Shown in pieces: positions 20,819-32,729 of a DNA stretch of 39,878 nt. How positions within the stretch are numbered: position 1 is the stretch's first letter; each line of letters opens with the position of its first letter. The notes beneath the pieces are model-generated. The model worked only from the letters and a program-made list of their open reading frames with translations, was not told the origin of the DNA and ran no database searches. The position numbers and the translations under genes were made by a program. Source of the DNA: Fonticula alba ATCC 38817 (taxonomy: Eukaryota; Protista; Nucleariida); assembly GCA_000388065.2 (NCBI GenBank), contig KB932202.1; one strand, 5' to 3'.

Positions 20819-21462
20819 GGGGGAGAAGAGGCGGGGGCTCGGTCGCAGCAAAGGGGAGCACGACTCCGAGACAGACGCAGCCACACCAGGGACGGGCCGC
20901 ATGAAAGGGTGCCGCCACCGGGGGGATGTGGGGCGCCCCCGGCTAGCCCCTCCGGTCGGCCCTCTTGCCAGTGCACCGGTCCCGGTCGGGGAAGGTGTGG
21001 CAATGGCCGGTGCCCGACACGCCCCCCCCCCCCCCCGAGGGGAGGGCATGCCGGGTACAGGGCTCCGCTGTGCCGCGGAAACGACCGGCGCGCGTACTTG
21101 GCGCTCGCCGTGGGGACTCGCGCCACTCGCGGGTGGACACACACGCACGCACGGAACGCCCAAACACACACATGCACGCAAACACTCGTGCATTACACAC
21201 ACACACACACTCCTGGAGGCTCAGGCACATGGAGATCCACCGGCGGATGCAACACTCCCTCCTGCCATTCCCGCCTCGTATACGCATGCTCACGCCCGCA
21301 CAGCGTCATGTGCACACACACACAAACATACAAACATACGGACGGCTGTTCCGGCACCCTGGACGTCCGCCCGCCTAACCGGTCTCCCATTCACTCGCAC
21401 ACAGGGGGGGGGGGGGCTCCGCCCAGCTAGGGGGCTCAACACACGCACACGCACAAGCGCAC

Positions 21463-21469
21463 ACGCACA

Positions 21470-21521
<52 letters not shown>

Positions 21522-21546
21522 CTCTCTCTCTCTCTCTTTCTCTCTC
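21463..21546. repeat. Compound (CA)n-(CT)n microsatellite, representative of dozens of such tracts in the window
   Basis: Read directly. Similar tracts occur at 800-821, 9625-9656, 13855-14030, 17040-17088, 23575-23626, 26520-26573, 27817-27845, 38800-38850 and 39750-39878. Confidence 0.9.
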
Positions 21547-24500
21547 AGGGAACTAGTCAGCCAAATGAAGGGATGTGGCGCACCGGGTGCGGTCCTGACG
21601 CAGGGCTCCGCGCCCGGGGCGAGCAGATCGCGCCCGCGTCCACATGCATGCACAAGTGCGCGGTCCATTGGGAACGGCATCCGGCGGGGCGCCCGCGCGA
21701 TGTCGGGAGCGCTCTCGGCGCTCGATCTTCGGCAGGGGGAGACCCCATCCCGGCTCGACCACTGTCAGCATGCTGCGGCACTCATTCGGCCAGGGAACCG
21801 GCCGAGGGGCCGGTGGCCGCCAGCCGCGGAGACCACCCGCCGCGCGGCGGGATCTCGCTCCCCCTCCCAAGCAGGGTGAGCGACAGAGCCCGAGGCCAGG
21901 CCCAGCGGAAGGCGGCCGGCCTAGAGCAAGGGAAGAGAGGGGGGGCGGAGGGCAAGCGGGGCGAACGAGGATGCATGTGTGTGTGTATGGAGACTTTTCG
22001 CCGCCCACGACCGAGGACCTGCAGGGCGGGTGGTTATGAACCTGCCGCAGATCGCCGCCCTCACTCTCCCTCCCCACAGCCCCCCCTCGCCCCTCTGTAC
22101 ATGCTCTGCACACGCCCTCCGAAGCATCATCGGCCCGTGCTCGCCCCCTTCGCCCCCGCCTCCCCCCGCGTGGCGTCCGCCCACCCATCTGCCTCCGCCC
22201 CAAACAGATCACCCCGCCCATCACACTGAGCGAGCCAGCGAGCGAGACCACGACACCAGCCGGGAAGAGCAGAACACAGGCAGAGATCTCCATGTGTGAT
22301 GTGCCTGGGCCTTCCCCGCGGGAGGCCGTCGCCACCCAAACCGCCACCCGCACTGGCCCTCGTTTCCCGCGTTTGGCCACGCCTCAACGCACGCGCGCGC
22401 ACGGCACTTCCTCCCCCTTCCCGCACAGCCTCTCCTCCTCCCCCTCCTCCTCCTCCTCCTCCCCCCGGTACAGCAAGCGCCGCCGACACTGACCTCGCCC
22501 TTTCCCGCCCTCGCCGTGCCCTCCCCCCCCCGTGGGACCGCCGGCATTCAAACNNNNNNNNNNNNNNNNNNNNNNNNNNNNNNNNNNNNNNNNNNNNNNN
22601 NNNNNNNNNNNNNNNNNNNNNNNNNNNNNNNNNNNNNNNNNNNNNNNNNNNNNNNNNNNNNNNNNNNNNNNNNNNNNNNNNNNNNNNNNNNNNNNNNNNN
22701 NNNNNNNNNNNNNNNNNNNNNNNNNNNNNNNNNNNNNNNNNNNCCCCTCGCCAAAGAGTACTCCAAAGGCACGCTATCATCTGGCAATTCCTTGTCCGAT
22801 CGGAAGGAGGACGTTTTTTTCGGCCACTGCTCCCGATTTGCCGGCCTCCTCTCCCCGCCCTCCCCGCCCCTTCAACCGGTCCGCACGTGCGTCCCCCCTC
22901 CCTGGCCCCCGGCCCCCGGCCCCCGGCCCCCTCGAGCCGGGTGCCCCCTTCCCTGCCGCCGGGCATCCATCCCAAGCGACAAGCCGGCCAGGCAGGAGGG
23001 TAGATCACTAGCTGAGGGTGGCCGGGTCGCCCCCCCCCCCCCCCGTACCTGTGCCCGTGCCCGCATCCGCGCGCCCGTCCCAGACTTGGCCCGGCGCAGC
23101 GCAGCGCAGCACAAGAAAGACCATGCCACTGACTGCTCCACGCCATATGTGTCCCGGCCGGCAGACGCTCCCAAGGGAGGAAGCCACCCGGCATTTCGCC
23201 GCCGACACACCTCCGCGCGCCCACACACCGTGTAAGCAGGCAAGTGCATGCGCCTCTGAGACAGACAGGCAGACAGACCTGGAGAACACGTCCCCCCCTT
23301 CAAGAGAGCCAGCCGACGCCGGACGCTCTTGCAGACCCACGCCGGACCGCGCGCGCGCGCGCGCACTGACACGCAGCCCCTCTCCTCGTTCGAGAGACTC
23401 CGCCCGAGTCGGACATTTTTCCATCGCCCTCGCAGCCATTGCCCCCAGGTACGCCCGAATGTTCGCCAGTGCTCCCTCGCCTGTCACGTGCGCAGGTCAC
23501 GCACCGCGCACGCGTATGTTTGGCCGCCCCTGGCTCCGCGCCTATTTTTGTCCCCGCCCAAGTGCGGGCGGAAAAGTGTGTGTGTGTGTGTGTACGCGCG
23601 CGCATGTGTGTGTGTGTGTGTGTGTCCATATCCCACATCGCCCCTCCCCCCCCCCCCCCCCCCCCCCCCGCCCCATCTCCCCGGGGGGTAGAGTTGTGCT
23701 CAGGTCTCAGTAGATGTGAGTGTGTGTCTGTGTCTGTGTGTGTGTGTGTTGTGCGTCCTTTGTGTGTATGAGGAGGTCGGACGCAGATGCACGTATATGC
23801 GCGCGGAGGGACGAGCGCATGTGTCATGCCAGGTGTTGCCCGCCCCGCTGTGGGGCCCGCTGCCCGCGCGGAGGCGACGCCGCCGGCCTCCGCTGAATGC
23901 GCCCGCGATCGAGACGCCATTCGGGCCTGGCCCCCCCCCCCCAACTCCGGTGTCAATGTCCCCGTCCCTCCGGGGGCGTCCCATCCCCCGTGTGTGCCCC
24001 CCGGCCCACGGACAAGTGGGAAGCATGACGACGGCATCCCCCCCCCGTTCACCATGGCGGCGCGTGCGCTCTTTCTGGTCCACCCCCGCCCTCGCCGGGA
24101 CTTTTTTTACTCGCTCCCCCTCTCCGTCCGGCAGGTGTGGTGCCTCTGCTCAGTGCGCCCCTTCTGCTTGATATTAATTCGAGTGTACAGGCGCTTCCTC
24201 ATGATTGCCTTGTGTGTGTATGTGTATGTGTGTGTGTGTGTGTTTACGTGTGTGTGTGTGTGTATGTGTGTGCGCGCGCGTGTTCGTGTGAGCGCCCCTG
24301 CGGGGCCCCTCGAACAGAGCCCACCCAGGATCGCACGCGCTCGGGCATCCCCGCCCTCTGCCAGCATGTGCGCGCATTGTACGGAGTCGTCCTGTGCGCC
24401 CTTTGTGACAGTGTCTCGGCCTCTTCCCCNNNNNNNNNNNNNNNNNNNNNNNNNNNNNNNNNNNNNNNNNNNNNNNNNNNNNNNNNNNNNNNNNNNNNNN

Positions 24501-27500
24501 NNNNNNNNNNNNNNNNNNNNNNNNNNNNNNNNNNNNNNNNNNNNNNNNNNNNNNNNNNNNNNNNNNNNNNNNNNNNNNNNNNNNNNNNNNNNNNNNNNNN
24601 NNNNNNNNNNNNNNNNNNNNNNNNNNNNNNNNNNNNNNNNNNNNNNNNNNNNNNNNNNNNNNNNNNNNNNNNNNNNNNNNNNNNNNNNNNNNNNNNNNNN
24701 NNNNNNNNNNNNNNNNNNNNNNNNNNNNNNNNNNNNNNNNNNNNNNNNNNNNNNNNNNNNNNNNNNNNNNNNNNNNNNNNNNNNNNNNNNNNNNNNNNNN
24801 NNNNNNNNNNNNNNNNNNNNNNNNNNNNNNNNNNNNNNNNNNNNNNNNNNNNNNNNNNNNNNNNNNNNNNNNNNNNNNNNNNNNNNNNNNNNNNNNNNNN
24901 NNNNNNNNNNNNNNNNNNNNNNNNNNNNNNNNNNNNNNNNNNNNNNNNNNNNNNNNNNNNNNNNNNNNNNNNNNNNNNNNNNNNNNNNNNNNNNNNNNNN
25001 NNNNNNNNNNNNNNNNNNNNNNNNNNNNNNNNNNNNNNNNNNNNNNNNNNNNNNNNNNNNNNNNNNNNNNNNNNNNNNNNNNNNNNNNNNNNNNNNNNNN
25101 NNNNNNNNNNNNNNNNNNNNNNNNNNNNNNNNNNNNNNNNNNNNNNNNNNNNNNNNNNNNNNNNNNNNNNNNNNNNNNNNNNNNNNNNNNNNNNNNNNNN
25201 NNNNNNNNNNNNNNNNNNNNNNNNNNNNNNNNNNNNNNNNNNNNNNNNNNNNNNNNNNNNNNNNNNNNNNNNNNCTCCCTCCCCCGTCGGCCCGCACTCT
25301 TGCCCCGCGCCGCGCCGTGCTGCGCGCCGTCTGGCTCACCCGAGGGGGACCAGCCGGCACAGGGCGAAGGAGGGAAGGGGGACCGGCCGCGGAACGCATG
25401 TGCGCGGGGACACTCTGCCGCCCCGGTCGCACCTTAATTGCTAACACTCGCCCCCCCCCCCCCCTGTGTGCCCCTACAGGAGGCGCGCGAGTGAGCGAAC
25501 GAGTGAGCGACCGAGCCGCCCGGCCCATGCAGAGGCTTCCGCATGGACCTGGGCAGTGTGCCTGCCTGGGCGCATGCCCAGCCCGATGTGTGGAGAGCCG
25601 TGCCAGCCCCTCCCTGGCCCACAATCCTCTCCCGCGCCCCCTCCCCCACCCCACCCCACTCGCCCTCCTTGGCGGCGATCTGGGACAATCGCTTCTTGGT
25701 GATGCGCCCGGGCCTTCGCCCTCCTCGGCGTCCTTAACTTCCCCTCTCGGCGCCTGCAATCGCCCACAGGCGCCCCCGATGCCCAGCTATTGGTGCTTCT
25801 TTGTCCTGGCTCGCCCCGCCCTCGCCCGGTGGTCTCCCTGCTCTCGGGGAGTACGGGCGCCCGGGAAAGGCCCCGGTGCTTGGAGGGCGCCCCGGCAGCA
25901 GGGGAGTGCCTCGGCAGCCGGGTATGCCCCCGCGCGACGCCCTGGCCCCCCTCCGCCCGGCCTCGGTCCTCCGGCCTTCTGGCGGACCCCCGGCCGCTCT
26001 TCGGGCCGGGTGGCGATGGCAGCCGCCCGAGGGAAATGCGTCTCCATGAAACTATTGCCCGGGTGTTTTGTCGGCGTCGATCCCGCCCCCCCCCCCCCCC
26101 CCCACCCCCCCTCCCCACGCGGTCGTCCGGCGCCAAGGAGTGGGCGCGCCCGCCGAGAGTGCAGCCGTCCCAGAGCACGCGCGCAGCCCCACAGACTCGC
26201 GTGCTCCCGCTCGCTCGGCCCGATGCACCCGGCGCAGCGGGCCACCCATCCCGGGCCTCCCCCCTCCCCCCCTGCCGGGGGCTTTGTCGCCTCCATTCGA
26301 CCCCCGGTAGCCCACATCGCGCGCGCGTGTGAGCGTGCCTGTGGGCGAGGGCGCGCGCGCGCGCGCGCGTGTGTGTGTCTGCAGCAGCTGCCCGTGCGAG
26401 CGGTTTTGTGGGGGATTTTTTGAAAAATAGTGTCCGTCCATCTGCCATCCGGGGCCTCTGTTTACACTGTCTGCCCGCGCCCACCCGGGAGGCAGGACGA
26501 GGGCACCGTGTGGATACCGTGTGTGTGAGTGTGTATGTAAGTGTATATGTATGTGTGTGTGTGTGTGTGTGTGTCCCCCTCTCCCTTCCGTCCTCTCCCC
26601 CTGCCCCTCTCTGTGCACGAGGGGAAGGGGGGGGGGGGAGGGGGGACAGCGTGTCCCGCGCTCCACCCGCCCCCGGGGCGCAGTGTAGCCCCCACATTGA
26701 AAAGCCTTCATGGCCGCCCGTGTTCACCCCCCAGTGGCGTGGCAATCACCTCCCCACGCCCTCTCCCTCCATCTCCCACTCCTCCTCCTTCTCCTCCTCT
26801 CCCTGTCTGCCCTGCGGCTGTCCTTGCTCCGCGTCTTCCCCATCTCGCTCCCTGCGTGTGCGTCTGGCGTGTGCCGTACCTGCTGTTCTCCGTGTGTGTG
26901 TGTGTGTGTGTGTGTGCTCGCCCGTCCGGCATCCCTCTCCCCGCTCCTCCTTCCCCCTCCCCATGCTCCCCTGCCACCTTTCTTCGCCCCACATCCCCCC
27001 GTGTGTTCCCTGGTGAGAAAGGAGCAGAGCCATCCCGAGCGAGGGCAGGCCAACGTGTGGGCATACGCACACTCGGGCGGGATCCCCCCCCCCCCCCCCT
27101 GTGTCCTGCCGAGTGCCCATTGACGCATTGCCTGCCTCTTTGCTTGCCCCCCTGCCCGCGCCCGAGGCAATCCACTCGAAAGAGCAAGTAGCCCGAGAGC
27201 AGACGCGTGTGCCCATAATACGTGCACATAGCACAGCAGCAAGCAGGAGCCACCCCACTCGAGAAAGAGCGAGTGACCCGTGAGAGAGAGAAAGATAGAG
27301 AGAGCGAGAGAAAGAGGGAAAGTGTGTGTGTGTGTGTGTGCCTGTCTAGAAGGGCATCCACCCGTGTGTGTAACTTGCCCCCTGGAAATGTGAGTCCGGC
27401 CCCCGAGCCTCCGAGGACCAGTCCCTCCCCCTCCTGCACTTGCGCACCTCGGCCTTCGGCCGTTGCATGTTTCCCTGAGAGTTGTCCCCTTCCCATACCC

Positions 27501-27813
27501 GCCGCCGCCGCCGCCGCCGCCGCCCCTCGCATGCCGGCTNNNNNNNNNNNNNNNNNNNNNNNNNNNNNNNNNNNNNNNNNNNNNNNNNNNNNNNNNNNNN
27601 NNNNNNNNNNNNNNNNNNNNNNNNNNNNNNNNNNNNNNNNNNNNNNNNNNNNNNNNNNNNNNNNNGCCCGTCTCCTGCATGCGCATCGACCGCCCCGTGT
27701 GGCCTCGCCTCCCTGCCTGTACTGACCTGTATCCTGGCTGCCCATGCTCTGTCTCTGTCTCTGTCTCTGTCTCTCTTCCTCGGCGACCCATCAGCCTGCA
27801 AAAAAGGGACACG

Positions 27814-27846
<33 letters not shown>

Positions 27847-28149
27847 CCGCGCGTGTGACCTTGGGCTACCGGCCTGCGACGCCTTCCCATCGCAAGAGGC
27901 GCTTGCGCTCATCTTCCCCACAAGACAACACGCCCCCTTTCCCCCGGAGAGTAACCCCGCAGTCAAGACCCCCCCCCCCCCCTGCCGTGCGTCACCGCGC
28001 CGGGCGCCAGGCCCCTTCCCCCTGTTCATTTCCAGTGTGGTGCTGACGCCCTGTGCCGCCCCGCTCCCACCCTCCTGGCCGACCCCACATCCGCACAGTG
28101 GATACACCAACCTCCCGGCAGCAAGAAGGAAGACCGAGACCCAAGCAGT

Positions 28150-28614
28150 ATGTACCCGTCGCAGGGCCCGATCCCCGGCGGTCCACTGCCGGAGGGCAGC
28201 TCCGTTGGTGATCAGTTCAAGAAGAACGCCTCTTCGGCTGCTCGTATGTGCCATTTCCGCACCGCCACGGCTTCTTTGTGCTTCTTTTTTCCTTTTTTTT
28301 TCTTGCCGCACGCTCCCCCCTCCCTCCCCCCCCTCTCCCCGGCCACTTGGCGAGCCGATCGACCACTCACCTGCTCCTCTTGGTATGGCATCTCCTCGCG
28401 CGGCGACACCCCCGGACGCGTGATGCGCCGCACGCACGCACGCACGCACGCACGCAGCCCCCAACTACTTGCACATCCACCATGCCGATGCTCCCCCCGG
28501 TGGGATAGGCGAGCAGGCGCCCGGCAACCCCGACAGCAGTCAGTCGACCCCGGTGCTCCTCACGGCCCCCATCATTGCCAGCGCGCCCGGCGGCCAATAC
28601 ATGCACCTGGCGCA

Positions 28615-28645
<31 letters not shown>

Positions 28646-28832
28646 GGGGGCTTCTCGGCGCCGCTGCGCGATGCCACAACGCCCATCTCGCCGAACTTCA
28701 ACGGCGCCAACACGGCCGGGGGCTTCTTCCATCCCCAAGGGCCGGTCGGAGGCCTGACCTCCCCGCGCGGAGGCCCCGGCGGCCTGGCCCTCGTGTCGCC
28801 GGCCACCGCCAACACCAATGCCCTGCACCATC

Positions 28833-28864
<32 letters not shown>

Positions 28865-28986
28865 GGCAACCCCGCCTCGCCCATCATCAGCATGGCTCCT
28901 CCCGGTGGGCACCCTCCCCAGGCCGCCACGGCTGCCATGCACCTGGGCGGACCGGGCAGCCTTTCCGCTGGTGACCACCATCATGC

Positions 28987-29043
<57 letters not shown>

Positions 29044-30604
29044 TGCGGCTGCCGCCGCGGCCGAGGCCTTCCAGCAGGCGGCCGCTTTCGCCGCGGCCGG
29101 CGGTGGGCACCACCATCATGGCGCGCACAGCAACACAACGCCGGCCAGCCCGTTTGCCCAGCTGACGGGCCCGATGGGCGTCGGCCCCGGCGGTCCGGGT
29201 GGCGGCGCCAACGGAGACCAGCAGATGCTGCTGACCTCCTTCCAGGCGGGCACGGCCTCGGCCACCGCGTGCAAGGAATTCCTGGCCCTCTACAAGTCCA
29301 AGCAGCTGGACTTGGTCCGGCGCCAGCGCGAGGCCGCGGCGCCGGCCTCGCTGGCCATCGATGTGGTGGCCGACGAAACGTCCCTGCGCCCGGTGCCCGG
29401 GATCGAGGAGCGCCGCGCCCTGGCCATCGAATGGCACACGGTCCAGCGCCGGGCCGTCAAGTGGGCCCACCGGTTCTGCCCGGTGCCGGAGTGCGTGGAG
29501 CCGGTGGCCGCCCTGCATGAGCTGCCCAACCACATTGTCAATGCCCACGTCCGGTCGGACTTCCGCCGGTGCCTCTTCTGCTCGTACCAGCAGCGCGCGC
29601 CGGTGTCGCAGCAGCAGCAGGCCCAGCAGGCCGCGGCCCAGGCGTCGGACCGGCGCAACCGCGGCAGCCCCACCGGCGGTGGGAAGTCCTCCTCGTCGCG
29701 CCGCGGGGTGGCCGGGCTCGGCCCGCGCGCTGGCATCCCCCCGCCCCAGCGCCGCCGCGGGGTGGCAGCCGGCTCCGACGACGAGGATGACGACCTCGGC
29801 TCGGATGTCTCCGACTCGGAGGTCGACAGCCGCGAGTCCACCGCCTCGCCGCGCATGGACGCCGAGGCCGGCGCCTCCCGCATCAAGGTCGAGCAGCAGC
29901 CCGGCGGCGACAGCCAAATGTCCACCGGCGGCGGCGGCGGCGGCGGCAGCAGCACCAAGCCCGGCGATGGCGCCACCAAGCACCACCTGGTGGATCCGAA
30001 GAAGGCGGCCGAGGATGCGGCCGCCGCCGCCGAGGAGGCCGCCATCAAGGACGGCTCCCTGGCCCCGGGCAATGGCAAGCGCTTCAAGCTCCTGTCCCAC
30101 TTGCAGCGCCACCTGGCCCCCTCCTTCCGGTGCCGGTGCGGCGCGGCCTTCTCCCAGCGCCAGGCCCTGATGCGGCACTATCGCGAACTCCGCTGCCCCA
30201 TCCGCCAGCAGCAGCGCCGGCAGATCCAGCTGGAGCAGGCCCAGGCGGCCCACGCGGCGGCCAATGCCGCGGCCACCGTGGCCCTGGCCGGGGCCGCCGG
30301 TCCCTACCCGCCGCAGCTTCAGCAGCTTCTGGCCGCCGGCGGGGGGGCGCCCGCTGGTCCCGGGGCCGGTGGCCCGGGCGGCGCCCCGGGCCTGGCGAAT
30401 GCCGGGCCGACGCCCATCGGCACGCCGCTCCTCGGGGCGGCCGGGCTGCTGAGCCCGGTGCCCGGCGGCCCGGCCCCCTCGCCGGGGCTCATGGCCGCCG
30501 TGGCCGCCGCCGCCGCCAGCGGCCACCCGGTCCTCGGGCTGATGCCCCTCTCGTCGCAGGGGAACTTCAAGGAGAGCATGATGCAGATGCAGAGCGCGGC
30601 CGCG

Positions 30605-30641
<37 letters not shown>

Positions 30642-30894
30642 ACGGCCCCGGCGTGCCCCCCTCGCCCCTGCTGGCCATGCAGTCGCAGCAGCACCCCATG
30701 CCGCAGTTCGGCTCGTCGGCTTCGGCCTCCTCCGGGGGGCCCGGCCAGCCGCAGCCAGGCGAGCACTTCTTCCATGGCGGCCACTTCCAGCGGGCTGGCG
30801 ACCCGGGCACCGGCGAGATGGCCATGCCGCCGCGGTCCTCCTCGCTGGACAGCCTGGCCGCCGGCAATCCGGCGCACCACCACCATCACCACTC

Positions 30895-30927
<33 letters not shown>

Positions 30928-32635
30928 GCAGTATGGACAGCCAGGCGCACACCATCGGCCCATGATGGCCGAGCGGTCGCGCACCGGGGACATGGGCGAT
31001 GTCGGCCCCAACCGGCCCCGGCCCGCTGGCGACGCCCGGCCGCACAGCTCGCTGGCCGCCCTGCCGGGCCAGCAGCCACCCATCGACGACCGGCACATGC
31101 AATTCTCCCAGCGGTCGTCGGCCTCCGGCAATGGGCCGGGCGACCCGTCGCGCTCGTCCTTCACGTCGCTCTGCTCCCCGGGCGAGGCGTCGTCCCCCTT
31201 CCACCGGGCCACCGGCGTCACCAAGGACGACCCCTCGGCCACCGGGGCCGGGTTCCGCCACGCGGCCGCCACCGACAGCCCCTTCGAGCCGCAGCACATG
31301 CACTTCCAATCGGGCCCCTCGTCGTCGCACCATGGCCCCCATCACCCGCACGGCGGCCACCACGCCTCCCACGGCGCCGGGTACCACCACCCGCATGGGG
31401 CTCACCACCCGCATGGGGGCCCCCACCACCACCAGCACCACCACCACCACCAGCAGCAGCAGCAGCAGCAACAGCAACAGCAGATGCACACCGGGCACTA
31501 CTATGGCGCGCAGCAGCCGCCCTCGCCCGGGGCCGCCGGGCCCGGGACCGACCTCACGTACACGGACCCCGGCACGTACGGCGGCTCCGGCTCGGCGGCC
31601 GATCGCCACCTGTCGCCCCAGCTGCTGGACGCGGCGGCCGGCCAGCCGGCCAGCCCCCCGGGCTCCGGGTCCATGATGATGCAGAACCTCATGGCCACGG
31701 CCCCGTCGGCCCTGGAGACCGGCGGCGCCGGCGGCGGGGACTTCGACGATCCGCTGGACGGGGACTTCCGCGGGCTGCACGGCGCCAGCCGTGGGCATCG
31801 TGCCTTCTCCGGGGCCCGCCTGGGCCCGGGGATCTTCGCCTCGTCCAGCACCGGCATGCTTGCCGCCAATGGCGGCGCCGGTGGCCCCCCGCGGTCCAGC
31901 TCCCAGGGCGACCTGCGCGCGGTCTTCTCGCCAGATGGCAGTGGCGCCGGGCCCCCCCTGGTGGCCGGCGGCGGTGAGAAGGCCACTTCGCCCGGGGCCG
32001 GGGCCTGGTCGCGGGGCGGCCCGGCGGCCCCGGGCTTCGCCACGGTCGGCCGGTCCATGACCGGCCCGGCATACGTCTTCACCCCGGGCCCCGGTGCCGG
32101 CTCCCATGAGGGCAACATGTCGGCCGCCGGGGCCGGGTCGCCGGTGCCCTCGCCGGCGGCCCTGCTCGGCAGCGGGCAGCAACAGCAGCTGCCCGGCCCG
32201 GACGCCGGCTTCTACCCCGGCGGTGGCCAGGGCTTTGACGGGCCCCACGCGCCGGCCGCCAAGCCCGCCGGCCAGGTCACCCCCCTGCGCATGCGCCCCT
32301 CCATGTCGGCGGATCAGCTGTCGGCGGCCACCATCTCGGCCGCCGGGCCACCGCATCTCCATGCGGCCGTGCGGTCGCAATCGGGCGCGCTGCTGGCGGC
32401 CGGGCCCGGCTTCGGCGGGCCCCAGCCCTCCGGCGCCGGCAACAACAGCAGCACCCCCGGCACCCCGACCGCCGGGGTGTTCTACGGCCCGGGCGGGCTC
32501 CCGGCCGATGCGGCCTCCTCCGATGGCAGTGTCAGCCCGCCATCCTCGTCCTCCTCCACCGGCCTCGGTACGTGTCCTGCCGCGCGGCGCCCCGCCCGCG
32601 CGCCCGCCCATCGGCCTCGAATGCTAACACGCCAA

Positions 32636-32729
<94 letters not shown>

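Noticed and set aside
22744-22860. Protein-like reading PLAKEYSKGTLSSGNSLSDRKEDVFFGHCSRF after a gap
   Set aside because: No recognisable family, no supported splice partner or start, and the codon bias differs from the real genes.
28367-32611. 1,414-aa antisense ORF (and other long overlapping ORFs such as 4460-6751 + and 36208-38115 -)
   Set aside because: These are shadow ORFs caused by strong GC3 bias of the real gene on the other strand or frame. They translate to poly-Leu/Val/Arg mirrors of polyQ/H tracts with no domain content.
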